From Parcubacteria group bacterium GW2011_GWA2_43_13 (GTDB taxonomy: Bacteria; Patescibacteriota; Patescibacteriia; UBA9629; GWA2-43-13), in NCBI GenBank assembly GCA_000999025.1, contig LCFM01000002.1, forward strand, positions 436-64,435: a DNA stretch of 64,000 nt, written 5' to 3'. Position 1 is the stretch's first letter. The number at the start of each line of letters is the position of its first letter. The position numbers and the translations under genes were made by a program. Positions 1 to 9,908 of this stretch are shown in pieces. The notes beneath the pieces are model-generated. The model made no database searches, was not told where the DNA came from, and saw nothing but the letters and a program-made list of their open reading frames with translations.

Positions 1-210
1 TTAATAATGCCTGCTCCTGCTGTTCTTGTTGATTCAAAGTACTTATGCCTGGCAGAGCACGTGGCAACGATTGTTGCGATGTATCAGATGGCGTTGATGG
101 CGATAATTCTATGTTTTGTTTTTTAATACCAAACAATAATATTAAAATAAAGATACCTAAAAGAACAACGCCGATTATGAGAAAAATAATATACTTTTTC
201 ATACAAAAAA

Positions 211-1365
211 TTAATGACGATTCTTAACACGATAAATAGAAACAGTGCCGCCGCAATATTGATCAGATGGCGCAGGAGCACACATATAATTATTTGAGAA
301 CCATGCAAATCGCGCTTTACTGCTTGCATTTGATAGCACTGGTTTACACGCCGGCCCCATACAAATACCAATATGACGACTGTCCGCTTTTTCTGCAATC
401 ATGATATCTCCACACATAGCATTTGCTGTTAATATCAGATCTCCCCTCCCAGCATTTAACCCAGCTTGTACGTCTAAAACGTAATCTTTACTCCCGCGAG
501 AACGAACAATTGTATCAACATTTGCCTTATTTAAAATGTAATTCACTGACCATGCGCATGCCTTATTCCCTCCCTCCGGCCCCCCACTCGTATCTGCCCC
601 ACATGCCAATTTCGCCGCATTGCAAATATCTGCCTGAATATTATCGCTCAATGACACCTTGGTCATCACATTTGTTTGCATTGCTTGTGTCGTGCCACCA
701 CCTACATTAGCACAAGAAGGAGCTGGACCTAAACTGCCTGTCCTCCCACCTCCTCCTATAGCTTCTGCTTTTGCCTGCTCGCGAGCGATATAGGTTGAAA
801 CTTTTGTATCAATGCACGATGGCGGTGTTTCACCATCGCACAAATTATTCCATGGCAAAGAGTTAGAAAACAGCCGAGCCGTTGACTTTAACAGCGTACT
901 TTTTCTTTCCTGATCTTGTTGAGGATTATTTGTGTCTGCTGTATATTCAGGCGTTACTGCAATAATAATTGTATTCACAATAATCCATGATGATAACACA
1001 AGCATCATGCCAAAAAACGTGCGGGACATGATTTCTTTGCCTTGCTGAATTTTTTGGTCATCCCCGCGCGACATCATCCACACCATGCCACCGTACAACA
1101 ACATAATCAGTGCTCCGATTCCGACAAAACTGATCATGATTCTATATATGCCAATCGGAACCGATAAGATATCGCACATGGTGCAATTGCCACACTGCTT
1201 GCATTCTGCTGATACAAACTGAAATGTAACTCCTACTGATTCCAAACGATCAATAGTTGCAGATCCTTCTGATGTCGCGCTCACGCTTACTGGAAAGATA
1301 ACAAACACAACTCCCGCAAAAAGAGTAACCGCACCCATCCATCTCTTTAAAAAATTTCTTGACAT
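211..1365 (-). CDS. membrane-anchored exported protein: N-terminal T4SS-pilin-like (TrbC/VirB2-type) TM hairpin, Gly-rich linker, C-terminal Cys/His CHAP or NlpC/P60-like hydrolase domain
   Basis: 384-aa ORF. N-terminus has two hydrophobic helices around motif YGGMVWMMSRGDDQKIQQGKEIM, which is shared with the N-terminus of the giant ORF at 57351..63215. C-terminus has KACAWSVNY ... GDLIL ... RHIGICMG, resembling the Cys and His boxes of CHAP/NlpC-P60 peptidoglycan hydrolases. Confidence 0.5.
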   Translation of the reverse strand: MSRNFLKRWMGAVTLFAGVVFVIFPVSVSATSEGSATIDRLESVGVTFQFVSAECKQCGNCTMCDILSVPIGIYRIMISFVGIGALIMLLYGGMVWMMSRGDDQKIQQGKEIMSRTFFGMMLVLSSWIIVNTIIIAVTPEYTADTNNPQQDQERKSTLLKSTARLFSNSLPWNNLCDGETPPSCIDTKVSTYIAREQAKAEAIGGGGRTGSLGPAPSCANVGGGTTQAMQTNVMTKVSLSDNIQADICNAAKLACGADTSGGPEGGNKACAWSVNYILNKANVDTIVRSRGSKDYVLDVQAGLNAGRGDLILTANAMCGDIMIAEKADSRHIGICMGPACKPVLSNASSKARFAWFSNNYMCAPAPSDQYCGGTVSIYRVKNRH

Positions 1366-1598
1366 ACTATTGAGGATATTGTATCACATCCAAGTAATGG
1401 AATGAACAAAACCTTTACGAGTCGTTTTGTTTTTGATATGGTATGATTGTTTTAGCGAAGAAAAATCTAACCATTAAAATGGTGGACGCAGTCCTCCTAC
1501 AGGGGGCGAGTAAGCATTTTAATGGGAAGGAGGGGCAAGCGAAAGCTGAAATGTTCTCCTAAAGGGAGAACATGAAAGCTGAAGCTTTGACCCGACGC

Positions 1599-1673
1599 GC
1601 GCCCATAGCTCAATGGTAGAGCAGTGGCCTTTTAAGCCAACGGTTCCAGGTTCGACCCCTGGTGGGCGCACCA
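1599..1673 (+). tRNA. tRNA-Lys (anticodon UUU)
   Basis: Cloverleaf folded by hand: acceptor gcgccca/tgggcgc, D-stem gctc/gagc, anticodon loop cttttaa (UUU), T-stem ccagg/cctgg with loop ttcgacc, discriminator A, encoded CCA. Confidence 0.9.
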
Positions 1674-1783
1674 AAAAAACACCCCTACTTGGGGGCTGTT
1701 TTTTTATCCACACCAATAAGAGGTGTATAATATGTGGTTCACGCTCTTGAGACACAACCGATTCTCCTTTACTATACAAAGAT

Positions 1784-3148
1784 ATGGCTGATGGAATGGA
1801 AAAAATCCCACCGCACAATCTTGAGGCAGAACAATCTGTGCTTGGCGCTCTTTTTATTGATCCTGACGCCATTGTTCACGTTGCGGACATTGTTACAAGC
1901 GATGATTTTTATAAAGAAGTGCACCGCATTATTTTTAACGCGATTGTGGAGGTATATGAAAAGCACCTGCCTATTGATCTTTTAAATGTCAGTAACCGAC
2001 TTTTGGAGCGCAATCAGCTGGAACTCGTTGGAGGACGCGCCTATTTAAGCGAACTCACCACCATAGTCCCCACTGCAAGCAATGTGGCGAGTTATGCCAC
2101 TATTGTGCAAAAAAAAGCAACTCTGCGCCGTCTTCTTAAAGCCGCGCATGATATTACAAGTTATGGATATAATGAAGAAGATGAAACAGAGCATTTGCTT
2201 GATATGTCAGAGCAAGCGATATTTCGGGTATCGCAAAAACATCTGCATCAAAATTTTATTCCCATTACCACAATCCTGACTGAAACATTCGACCGCATTG
2301 ATGAACTTCATCGCGGAGACGGATCTCTGCGAGGCGTACCAACCGGATTCCCTGATCTTGATAATTTAATGTCCGGTTTGCAAAAATCAGATCTGGTGAT
2401 TCTTGCGGCGCGGCCATCTGTGGGAAAAACAACATTCGCGCTCGATATCGCGCGAAATGCGGCAGTTGTGTATAAATCAAAAGTAGGGATTTTTTCACTT
2501 GAAATGTCCAAAGAACAACTTGTTGACCGTTTACTCGCAACTCAAGCAGGTATTGATTTATGGAAAATGCGAACAGGCAAACTCTCGCACCAAGAAGGGT
2601 CAGATGAATTCCCGCGCATCGGGCAAGCCATGGGCGTGCTTTCCGAAGCGCCGATTTTTATTGACGACACGCCAAGCGCCAATGTCATGCAAATACGCAC
2701 AAAAGCGCGGCGCTTGCAGGCAGAACACGGGCTTGATTTTATTATCATTGATTATCTTCAGTTGATGGAATCGCGAGCCCAAAGCAAATCAAGCGACAAT
2801 CGTGTGCAGGAAATCGCGGAAATTTCACGCGGATTAAAATCAATCGCGCGCGAGTTAAACATTCCGGTACTTGCCCTGTCCCAACTCTCTCGCGCTGTTG
2901 AAATGACAAAACCCGCTATTCCAAAACTTGCACATTTGCGTGAATCTGGTTCAATTGAACAAGATGCTGATATCGTTATGTTTGTCTACCGTAAAGCTAT
3001 GGATCGTAATTATCGAGAAGAGGACTTATCTCAAGAAGAAAAACATCTCACAGAAATCCACATTGCCAAGCACCGCAACGGTCCGACCGGGGTTATCAAA
3101 CTATTCTTTGACGCAAATCATGTAACATTTAAAAGTTTAGCTAAATAA
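1784..3148 (+). CDS. dnaB: replicative DNA helicase DnaB
   Basis: 454 aa. Has the N-terminal LEAEQSVLGALF motif and Walker A GKT in ARPSVGKTTFALD. Helicase motifs and the C-terminal RecA-like fold are all present. Confidence 0.95.
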   Translation: MADGMEKIPPHNLEAEQSVLGALFIDPDAIVHVADIVTSDDFYKEVHRIIFNAIVEVYEKHLPIDLLNVSNRLLERNQLELVGGRAYLSELTTIVPTASNVASYATIVQKKATLRRLLKAAHDITSYGYNEEDETEHLLDMSEQAIFRVSQKHLHQNFIPITTILTETFDRIDELHRGDGSLRGVPTGFPDLDNLMSGLQKSDLVILAARPSVGKTTFALDIARNAAVVYKSKVGIFSLEMSKEQLVDRLLATQAGIDLWKMRTGKLSHQEGSDEFPRIGQAMGVLSEAPIFIDDTPSANVMQIRTKARRLQAEHGLDFIIIDYLQLMESRAQSKSSDNRVQEIAEISRGLKSIARELNIPVLALSQLSRAVEMTKPAIPKLAHLRESGSIEQDADIVMFVYRKAMDRNYREEDLSQEEKHLTEIHIAKHRNGPTGVIKLFFDANHVTFKSLAK

Positions 3149-3161
3149 GAGCCCCCACACT

Positions 3162-3461
3162 ATGTTCTCCAAACTCAAACACATTAAAGACCTGCGCTCG
3201 CAGGCAAAAAAAATGCAAGAAGAAATGTCAAAAGAGGTAATTGAAAACCAAAAGCATGGCATCTCTATCACCATGAACGGGAATCAGGAAATTTTAAAAT
3301 TCACCCTGCCCGCTGATGCGCTTTCTTCCGGCAGTAAAGAACGGCTGGAAAAAAACATTGTGGAAGCATTTGATGACACTCTCAAAAAACTCCAACGCCG
3401 CATGGCGGAAAAAATGATGAAAGGAAAAGACATCAGCGATATTCAACTACCTGGATTTTAA
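3162..3461 (+). CDS. ybaB: nucleoid-associated protein YbaB/EbfC
   Basis: 99 aa of typical YbaB length. Pattern KKMQEEM ... GNQEIL ... is characteristic. Sits just upstream of recR, as in many bacteria. Confidence 0.8.
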   Translation: MFSKLKHIKDLRSQAKKMQEEMSKEVIENQKHGISITMNGNQEILKFTLPADALSSGSKERLEKNIVEAFDDTLKKLQRRMAEKMMKGKDISDIQLPGF

Positions 3462-3464
3462 TGT

Positions 3465-4073
3465 ATGCGTTATCTTCCATCCGCGCTTGAGCGGGCAATG
3501 GAACAATTTGAAAAACTCCCAGGCATCGGTCCTAAAACAGCCGAGCGTTTTGTCTTATACCTCATGAAACGGTCAAAAGAAGAAGTCAGCGAGTTTGCAA
3601 AAGCGTTAATTGACTTAAAAAATGAAATCCACCTCTGTCCGCAATGCTTTAATTTTGCAGATAACGAAAATGAATTGTGCGGTATTTGTACCGATCCCAA
3701 ACGCGATCACGCTATGGTGTGCGTTGTTGCGGAATCAAGCGATGTTGTAGCGCTGGAACACACCAGTGAGTATCGTGGTGTGTATCATGTATTAGGCGGC
3801 ACATTAAGCCCAATTCACGGCATTACGCCTGATCGCATTCGTATTCAGCAATTGATGAGTCGCATTGAGGCATCAACGCCTGGTGAAATTATTTTGGCTT
3901 TAAATCCTGATATTGACGGCGAAGCAACGTCGCTGTATCTATCCCGTCTGCTGAAAGGAAGATCATTCCGTCTTACGCATTTAGCGCGCGGATTGCCGAT
4001 GGGATCTGATTTGGACTATGCCGATGAAATCACCCTTACCAACGCCCTCACCAATCGCCGTGATATTGCGTAA
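3465..4073 (+). CDS. recR: recombination protein RecR
   Basis: 202 aa. Contains a helix-hairpin-helix (LPGIGPKTAERF), a C4 zinc finger (CPQC ... CGIC) and Toprim and C-terminal regions. Confidence 0.95.
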   Translation: MRYLPSALERAMEQFEKLPGIGPKTAERFVLYLMKRSKEEVSEFAKALIDLKNEIHLCPQCFNFADNENELCGICTDPKRDHAMVCVVAESSDVVALEHTSEYRGVYHVLGGTLSPIHGITPDRIRIQQLMSRIEASTPGEIILALNPDIDGEATSLYLSRLLKGRSFRLTHLARGLPMGSDLDYADEITLTNALTNRRDIA

Positions 4074-4089
4074 CCATGAAATAAAAAAT

Positions 4090-4118
4090 GTAGAGACGCC
4101 CCCCTGGGGCGTCTCTAC
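4090..4118. repeat. family-A palindromic element (GTAGAGACG-loop-CGTCTCTAC) between convergent recR and rplU; probable bidirectional terminator hairpin
   Basis: 13-bp stem gtagagacgcccc / ggggcgtctctac around a 3-nt loop. A/T tracts lie on both sides. Confidence 0.6.
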
Positions 4119-4187
4119 GCATAAGTATATGACCAATGTAAAAATGCACTTTTAAAAGCGCATTTTTTTATCAACTCAAAAAACGTA

Positions 4188-4502
4188 TTACGCTGAAATT
4201 GTATCAATCCGTACTTTTGTTTTGTGCTGGCGATGGCCGTAGACCTTATGGTAGCGTACTTTTGCCTTATACTTTTCAACGCGAATTTTGCGGTCGCGGG
4301 TTTGTTCTAAAATTGTGCCAACCACTTTTGCGCCAGCAACTGTCGGCGTGCCAACTGACACTTTTGACCCGTCTTCTTCAGCAATAAGAAACGGCTCAAA
4401 CTCAACTATTGAGTTACCTTCTCCAACAAGTTTTTCGATAGCAATAACCATGCCTTCTGTTACTTGATACTGTTTTCCGCCTGTTTTAATGATTGCAAAC
4501 AT
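4188..4502 (-). CDS. rplU: 50S ribosomal protein L21
   Basis: 104 aa, starting MFAIIKTGGKQYQV, which is canonical for L21. Confidence 0.9.
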   Translation of the reverse strand: MFAIIKTGGKQYQVTEGMVIAIEKLVGEGNSIVEFEPFLIAEEDGSKVSVGTPTVAGAKVVGTILEQTRDRKIRVEKYKAKVRYHKVYGHRQHKTKVRIDTISA

Positions 4503-4650
4503 AGATAACTGCGACGCTAATATGCGAATAACACACGAATAACTCGAATATTTGTATCATTCGCATGTATTCGTGTATTCGTGTCGCTCTAAAACAAAGA
4601 CACTATACAACACTCTTTCAACCTCGTCAACCAAGAGCAAAAAAACATCA

Positions 4651-4690
4651 CGGTCTTACTTTTTTCACGGCCGTGAAAAAAGTAAGACCG
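4651..4690. repeat. family-F 40-bp perfect palindrome cggtcttacttttttcacggccgtgaaaaaagtaagaccg
   Basis: Perfect hairpin. A second copy with the same core lies at 40611..40650. A/T tracts on both sides suggest a bidirectional terminator. Confidence 0.6.
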
Positions 4691-4763
4691 CAGAGTTAAA
4701 AAAAACAAGGCGTACAAGGGGTATCACTCTGATGTGAATACCACTACATACGCCTTCGTGTGA

Positions 4764-6267
4764 TTATCGAGCGACTCGCAACCTACCCCATACCGTCGCC
4801 AACTCCGACTGTTCATCGTAGCTGACTTCGGGGAGGGTAGAGAGCGGAGCGTACTTCTCAAGTTGCGCGAGTTGCGCTTTCCCGATCATCGTCGGGACGA
4901 TCACCGACGCAGCAATGACCTCTCTCGACACTCGCGCTGCGGTTGCGGCGACCGGTTGATCGCCAATCGGGTAAAGACACTCGGATAGGTCTATGAACCC
5001 CTCCTTATTGACGATGGCGATCCACCCACTCCATATCGGAGCGACAAGGTCCTTCGGGTCGGTACTCGTAAAGAACGAGCCACCGACCGCGTGCCACTGC
5101 CCCTTTGTATTCAGGGCGAGCACGACGACCGGCTCGACGCCGACGCGGAGGAGGAACTCAAACGCAGATGGGAGGTAAATCCCGAAGGATGCGTCTATCG
5201 TCGGGACACCGAGGAGGTTGATCACCCCCTTGTGTACCTTCACGAGCGTCCCATCCGCACCCCAACCGAGAGGAGAAGGATAGACAGTTACAACCTCTCC
5301 TCCGTTCGGCGCGAAAACGAGAACCGCCCCTGCCTGACTGTTCAGGTCCGGCAGTTGAAATGTCCCCTCACTGATCACCCTTTCCTGTGCCCGGACGGTC
5401 TCGAGGAGACCGTCGCTCTTTTGGTATACGGCAAAACCTCCGTATGGAGGAATGCCAATGCTTGCCATCGGCCTCATGGGGAGGGACAATAATTGCATCC
5501 CAGCCCGAAGCGGATGATTCAGCGAACCCTGCCTGATCGTGATCTCCGGCAATTCAATCAACCCGCTTGCCGGAACGACAAACGGCCCGACACCCCCCTG
5601 AACGTCGTATCCCGGTTCGGTGACGATCCATACCTCATCACCGACTCGAATCTCGGTCGGGAAAAACGGCGTGGCCAGCGCCGTGAACGTACCCCCGGAG
5701 GAGACGTTGATTCTCTCTCCGAAGACAACGAGACCTTCTCGTCGAATTTCGTACCCCACTCCGCAGATCGTCTGCGAAGCTGACCCATCCCCCCGGAAAG
5801 GGCGTAACGAAATCGGTATACACGAACTCGCACAGCTCGGGAACGAGTTCGATTCCGAACGTTTCGCCCCCGGAGGCGCTTTCCGTGACGTCAACAGCAA
5901 CCTCAATCTCCGCCGTAACGCCTTCATTGATGACGAGCGGTTCCGAAAAAACGCTTCGAAGCACACCGCCTACAAAATTGCCACCCCCACCGAGGTCATG
6001 ATAGCTGGGTTCGAGAACGAGGTAGCTCCCTTCTACGACGACACTGGAATCGTAAGAAAGCCCCCAGCGTCGAAGCCCGATCGCCTTGATTGCGATCGGT
6101 ACCGCGCGGGACGTGACTTGAACATCCATAACCCGGACATCACTCTGTCCGGGAGAGACGACCCCCGCTGGCGGGGAGAGCGGAGACATCGTAACGACGA
6201 TGTCCTGGGCGAACGCGGACGACGTGCAGAACAACGCAATCAACGCTACTAAACTCTTACGAAACAT
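4764..6267 (-). pseudogene. GC-rich gene for a signal-peptide-bearing exported protein, split by a 1-nt frameshift in a C6/G6 homopolymer (pseudogene or sequencing error)
   Basis: ORFs 5638..6267 (signal peptide MFRKSLVALIALFCTSSAFA) and 4764..5966 overlap in different frames. Deleting one G from the G6 run at about 5791-5796 joins ...VTPFPG to DGSASQTICGVGYEI, continuous with the lower ORF. GC content is clearly higher than in the flanks. Confidence 0.55.
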
Positions 6268-6361
6268 CGCGATGTCCTCCTAAAGGACAGGGTGTGAACG
6301 AATCCGCTTATACAATCAAAGCGGACGCGAAAAAAGGCCTTTTAATACACTTTCAAAAAGT

Positions 6362-6430
6362 GTAGAGACGCTCCGGTGGAGCGTCTTTGTCGAATTATTA
6401 TTGAGACGCACCATCGGTGCGTCTCTACAC
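6362..6430. repeat. two tandem family-A palindromic elements (6362..6388 and 6403..6430)
   Basis: gtagagacgctcc-ggt-ggagcgtcttt and gagacgcacc-atc-ggtgcgtctctacac. Confidence 0.6.
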
Positions 6431-6566
6431 TCGACCGTACATCCTATTATCAAATTTTTCTCTTAACAAAGCCATTTTTCGTGGCCGCTTTGGAGGTTGT
6501 CAAAGAACTCGCCACGTTATCACAAAGTTGACAAAAAGTCAAGATTTTATAAAAAAACTCACCCTG

Positions 6567-6589
6567 CCCTCTCCTTCTTAAGGAGAGGG
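6567..6589. repeat. family-B palindrome CCCTCTCCTT-ctt-AAGGAGAGGG
   Basis: Perfect 10-bp arms. Contains the SD-like AAGGAG on both strands. Confidence 0.6.
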
Positions 6590-6635
6590 TGGACGACACC
6601 CCCCCCTCCCTCATCCTCCTTTAGAGAAAAAACAA

Positions 6636-7169
6636 TTACTCAAACTCAATTGCGACAGAATCGCCAAGATTGAGCTGATGCTCTTCTATAAACCCGGCAG
6701 GCACTTCCAATACTCGATTTACCGGCCCGACTGGCGAGTATAGTTTACGCTCCTCGCTTTCTTGTTGCGGTTGAGCGCGGCTAACCATATCTAAAATAGT
6801 ATTATCATCAATAAATATAATATCCAAAGGAATGCTCATCCCCTGCATGTGAAATGTATACTCTTGCTTTGAATCAAATTCAAACAGCATGCCATTTTCA
6901 GATGAAAGAGAGTCGCGACCAAGCAAACCCTTTTGCCGATCATCATCTGTCCGCGCGACATCAACAACCACAATATCTCCGCCAATATATACGCGCGCCT
7001 GTGTTTTTGAAATATCCGGAACATCAATATCCGGCGTTACCTGGCGCAACACATCTGTATTTTTATCAAATTCAACAGTGCGTTTTGGCACGATAACAAT
7101 CAGCGCAATGACAATAAGAGCGATAATCGTAAGAATGATAGTGATGATAAGTGATTTTGAAAGTTGCAT
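6636..7169 (-). CDS. DUF192-family exported protein
   Basis: 177 aa with an N-terminal TM/signal. Motifs GLLGRDSL ... GMLFEF ... MQGMSIPLDIIFID ... EVPAGF are typical of the DUF192 family. Confidence 0.7.
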   Translation of the reverse strand: MQLSKSLIITIILTIIALIVIALIVIVPKRTVEFDKNTDVLRQVTPDIDVPDISKTQARVYIGGDIVVVDVARTDDDRQKGLLGRDSLSSENGMLFEFDSKQEYTFHMQGMSIPLDIIFIDDNTILDMVSRAQPQQESEERKLYSPVGPVNRVLEVPAGFIEEHQLNLGDSVAIEFE

Positions 7170-7226
7170 AGAATGAATACCTCACCCCCCGTCATTCCGC
7201 ATTCAGCTCCAGACGGGGCAGGCCTA

Positions 7227-7333
7227 CCCTCTCCTTATAAAGGAGAGGGAAATTAAAGGGAAACCCTCATTGTAAAGGAGAGGGAATCGCCGATCCCCTC
7301 CTCCTTAATAAGGAGGATCCGCCAGCTGGCGGA
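7227..7333. repeat. cluster of three family-B palindromes (7227..7249, 7264..7284, 7299..7317) plus palindrome GCCAGCTGGCGG
   Basis: ccctctccttataaaggagaggg; ccctcattgtaaaggagaggg; tcctccttaataaggagga. The cgccagctggcg palindrome recurs at about 11957..11972. Confidence 0.6.
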
Positions 7334-7344
7334 GGGAGGAGGTG

Positions 7345-8532
7345 TTAAGAAGATGGAGGAAAAGTAATACGCTTTGAGGCGTGATGAACGAATAAAACAA
7401 AAACACTTGCGACAAGAATAACAATAATAACCAGCCAAATCCATGCGACATTGCGCAACATCAAACCAGCAGTCCCCAAAACAAGCGCAAAAAGATAATA
7501 CACAATACTCACTCGCTTAGCGCTGAATCCCATATCAAGCAGACGCAAATGCATGTGGTTTCTATCCCCTGCAAACGGAGAACGCTTTTCTTTTACCAAT
7601 CGTTTGTAAATAACCACTCCAACATCAATAATCGCAAGCCCCATCACAACCAATGTTATTGCTATTTTTGCCTCACTTAAAATAGCAAGGGTGGCGAGCA
7701 TAAATCCTGCCCACGTACTGCCCCCCTCCCCCAAAAAAATCGAAGCAGGAGAAAAATTAAACACTAAAAACCCAAGCATCACACCCAACAAAATAATACC
7801 CAATAGAGGCGATGTTATCTGACCTAAAAACAACCCTACTATCACTAAAAATCCAGCCCCAATCGCTGTTACCCCGGCAACAAGACCATCAACCCCATCT
7901 AAAAATTTTGTTGTATACACCATGCCTAAAATCCACACAAACGTAATACTATCAGCAGGTAAAGTAAAATAATACGGAATCCCATTGATTCGTGTTATTT
8001 CAAATTTCATCTGCGCAAGTTTAATTATTTCGCTCCCCTCTAATCCATCAATAAACGGATTGGTAATAGCGGAAAGCCCGATCCCGCTTGCGATAACAAT
8101 GGCAATCGCTATGAATGGAAATAAACATTGATGCCACGGCTTGAGATTATATGTATCATCAATCAATCCCCCAATGACCAATACTAACCCTCCCAGCGTC
8201 ATGCCAATAAGATGCTTGCCAACAACTTCATGCTCTCCAATAAACGCAATTGCGATAAAAGAAACAAGAGCAAACGCAACAAAACACGCCAACCCTCCGC
8301 CAAGCGGAATGGGCGTGGTGTGATGTTTTCGTCCGCCACTCGGATGGTCAACAATACGCGCTCTCCTCATGAGCTGACGAGTGCAGTATGTTGCGCACAC
8401 AGACACAAGCAAGGCAGAAATGCCCCAGAGTATAAACATAAGGATTATGGGACTGTCGCCGAATACCATATTTGGCATAAAACCCCAAACTCCGGTAAAT
8501 TTTTTTGAAAATTTTTTCGCTAATGTATCCAC
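7345..8532 (-). CDS. glycosyltransferase family 4 (WecA/TagO/MraY-type polyprenyl-phosphate sugar-phosphate transferase)
   Basis: 395 aa, multi-TM. Motifs RIVDHPSGGRKHHTTPIPLGGGLA and LDGVDGL are diagnostic for this family. More WecA-like than MraY-like. Confidence 0.75.
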   Translation of the reverse strand: MDTLAKKFSKKFTGVWGFMPNMVFGDSPIILMFILWGISALLVSVCATYCTRQLMRRARIVDHPSGGRKHHTTPIPLGGGLACFVAFALVSFIAIAFIGEHEVVGKHLIGMTLGGLVLVIGGLIDDTYNLKPWHQCLFPFIAIAIVIASGIGLSAITNPFIDGLEGSEIIKLAQMKFEITRINGIPYYFTLPADSITFVWILGMVYTTKFLDGVDGLVAGVTAIGAGFLVIVGLFLGQITSPLLGIILLGVMLGFLVFNFSPASIFLGEGGSTWAGFMLATLAILSEAKIAITLVVMGLAIIDVGVVIYKRLVKEKRSPFAGDRNHMHLRLLDMGFSAKRVSIVYYLFALVLGTAGLMLRNVAWIWLVIIVILVASVFVLFVHHASKRITFPPSS

Positions 8533-8611
8533 ATTACCTCAAAAATTGTTCGAAAAAATTTCCTCGAGGTTTGGCATTTTCTGCTCAAAAGAGCATTCAG
8601 CGACAGTCCCA

Positions 8612-9007
8612 TTATATCTTATTCAGATATTCTTCCAAAATCTGCGCCGCGACAAAATGGTCAACAGGCATGTTTGTTTGCAGTGGTTGAGATACAAGCT
8701 GATCAGCCAAACGCGATGTCATCCGTTCATCGTACTCATGCACAGGCAGAGCATACCGCGCGCGGACTGTTTCTATAAAATCGCGCGCTTCACGCGTCTG
8801 TTCGGTTTCAGTGTCATTCAGGCCCAAAGGAAGCCCGACAACAATGGTTGAAATATCATGTTCTTTTACACATTCATCCATATCATCCCAAAAATCAGGC
8901 CCGCAGGCGTCGAGCGTTGTGAGCGGAACTATTTTATGGTCAGCATCAACAGTAATAGCAATACCGACATTTTTTTTGCCATAATCAATGGCAAGAACGT
9001 GAGACAT
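8612..9007 (-). CDS. ruvX: Holliday-junction resolvase-like RuvX/YqgF
   Basis: 131 aa. N-terminal LAIDYGKKNVGIA (RNase H-like fold) and a conserved acidic residue pattern. Confidence 0.85.
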   Translation of the reverse strand: MSHVLAIDYGKKNVGIAITVDADHKIVPLTTLDACGPDFWDDMDECVKEHDISTIVVGLPLGLNDTETEQTREARDFIETVRARYALPVHEYDERMTSRLADQLVSQPLQTNMPVDHFVAAQILEEYLNKI

Positions 9008-9027
9008 GTAAGGAATACCTCCCTGTA

Positions 9028-9050
9028 TCCCATCCTTGATAAGGAGAGGG
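9028..9050. repeat. family-B palindrome (degenerate) between map and ruvX
   Basis: cccatccttgataaggagaggg. Confidence 0.45.
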
Positions 9051-9061
9051 CGAGGGGTGGT

Positions 9062-9835
9062 TTACATTTTTGTAATAACTTCCGGGCCGTCTTTGGTTAC
9101 TATTACGGTATGTTCAAAATGAGCGGCAATAGATCCGTCTTGCGTTTTTACTGACCAGCCATCTTCGCCTGTTACAATATGCCAATCGCCTGTTGTTACC
9201 ATCGGCTCAAGAGCCAATACCATACCTTTAACAATTTGGGGGCCGCGATCTGTGCCGTTTTTCCATGGCCAAAAATTCGGTATTCTCGGATCCTCATGCA
9301 CTGAGTATCCAACCCCATGGCCGACAAGATCCCTCACAATACCATATTCATGTTCTGGAATCGCGCTTTGAATAGCAGTTGATATGTCTGCAATATAATT
9401 GCCAATACGCGCCTGCTCTATCCCACTCTCAAGCGCGCGCCGAGTGACTGATAACAATCTGGACAAAGAATCAGAGACATCTCCTATCGCAACTGTCATA
9501 GCGCAATCGGTAAACAATCCATGAAGATTAACCCCACAATCCAATCCTACCACATCGCCTTGGGTAAAAATTTTATCTTCAGACGGAAGCGAATGTACAA
9601 TCTCATCATTCACCGATACGCATAAAGCGGCAGGGTATTCCCTGCCTTTGGGCCCGTACATTTTAAATGACGGTACTGCGCCGTGATCGTGAATATATTT
9701 TTCTGCGAAAATATTCAACTCTGCCGCGCTGACTCCCTCGCGCACTCTCTCAACCAATTCTTTCATTGTATCAGCAAGAATCTTCCCACTCTCGCGCAAC
9801 AGTTCAATATCTTCTTCCCGCGTAATAATAGCCAT
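9062..9835 (-). CDS. map: methionine aminopeptidase type I
   Basis: Start chosen at MAIITREEDIELLRESG. Carries the pita-bread-fold metal ligands (D, D, H, E, E pattern). Confidence 0.9.
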   Translation of the reverse strand: MAIITREEDIELLRESGKILADTMKELVERVREGVSAAELNIFAEKYIHDHGAVPSFKMYGPKGREYPAALCVSVNDEIVHSLPSEDKIFTQGDVVGLDCGVNLHGLFTDCAMTVAIGDVSDSLSRLLSVTRRALESGIEQARIGNYIADISTAIQSAIPEHEYGIVRDLVGHGVGYSVHEDPRIPNFWPWKNGTDRGPQIVKGMVLALEPMVTTGDWHIVTGEDGWSVKTQDGSIAAHFEHTVIVTKDGPEVITKM

Positions 9836-9908
9836 AACGGAGAAATGACACATTTCAAATAAAATTCGAATACCACATACGGTGTTAATAACTATGTTGA
9901 CTTTTTCA

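Noticed and set aside
1519-1872. 117-aa ORF on the minus strand overlapping tRNA-Lys.
   Set aside because: It lies antisense to a well-formed tRNA and has low-complexity composition, so it is spurious.
5091-6252. Plus-strand ORFs 5091..5492, 5493..5783 and 5620..6252 (133, 96 and 210 aa) in the GC-rich island.
   Set aside because: They are antisense to the exported-protein gene. High GC inflates ORF length, and Arg/Pro-rich compositions are typical of wrong-frame reads.
8141-9154. Several 60-174-aa ORFs antisense to the glycosyltransferase, ruvX and r-protein genes (for example 8381..8851 and 18558..19082).
   Set aside because: They overlap strongly supported conserved genes on the opposite strand and show no coding features.
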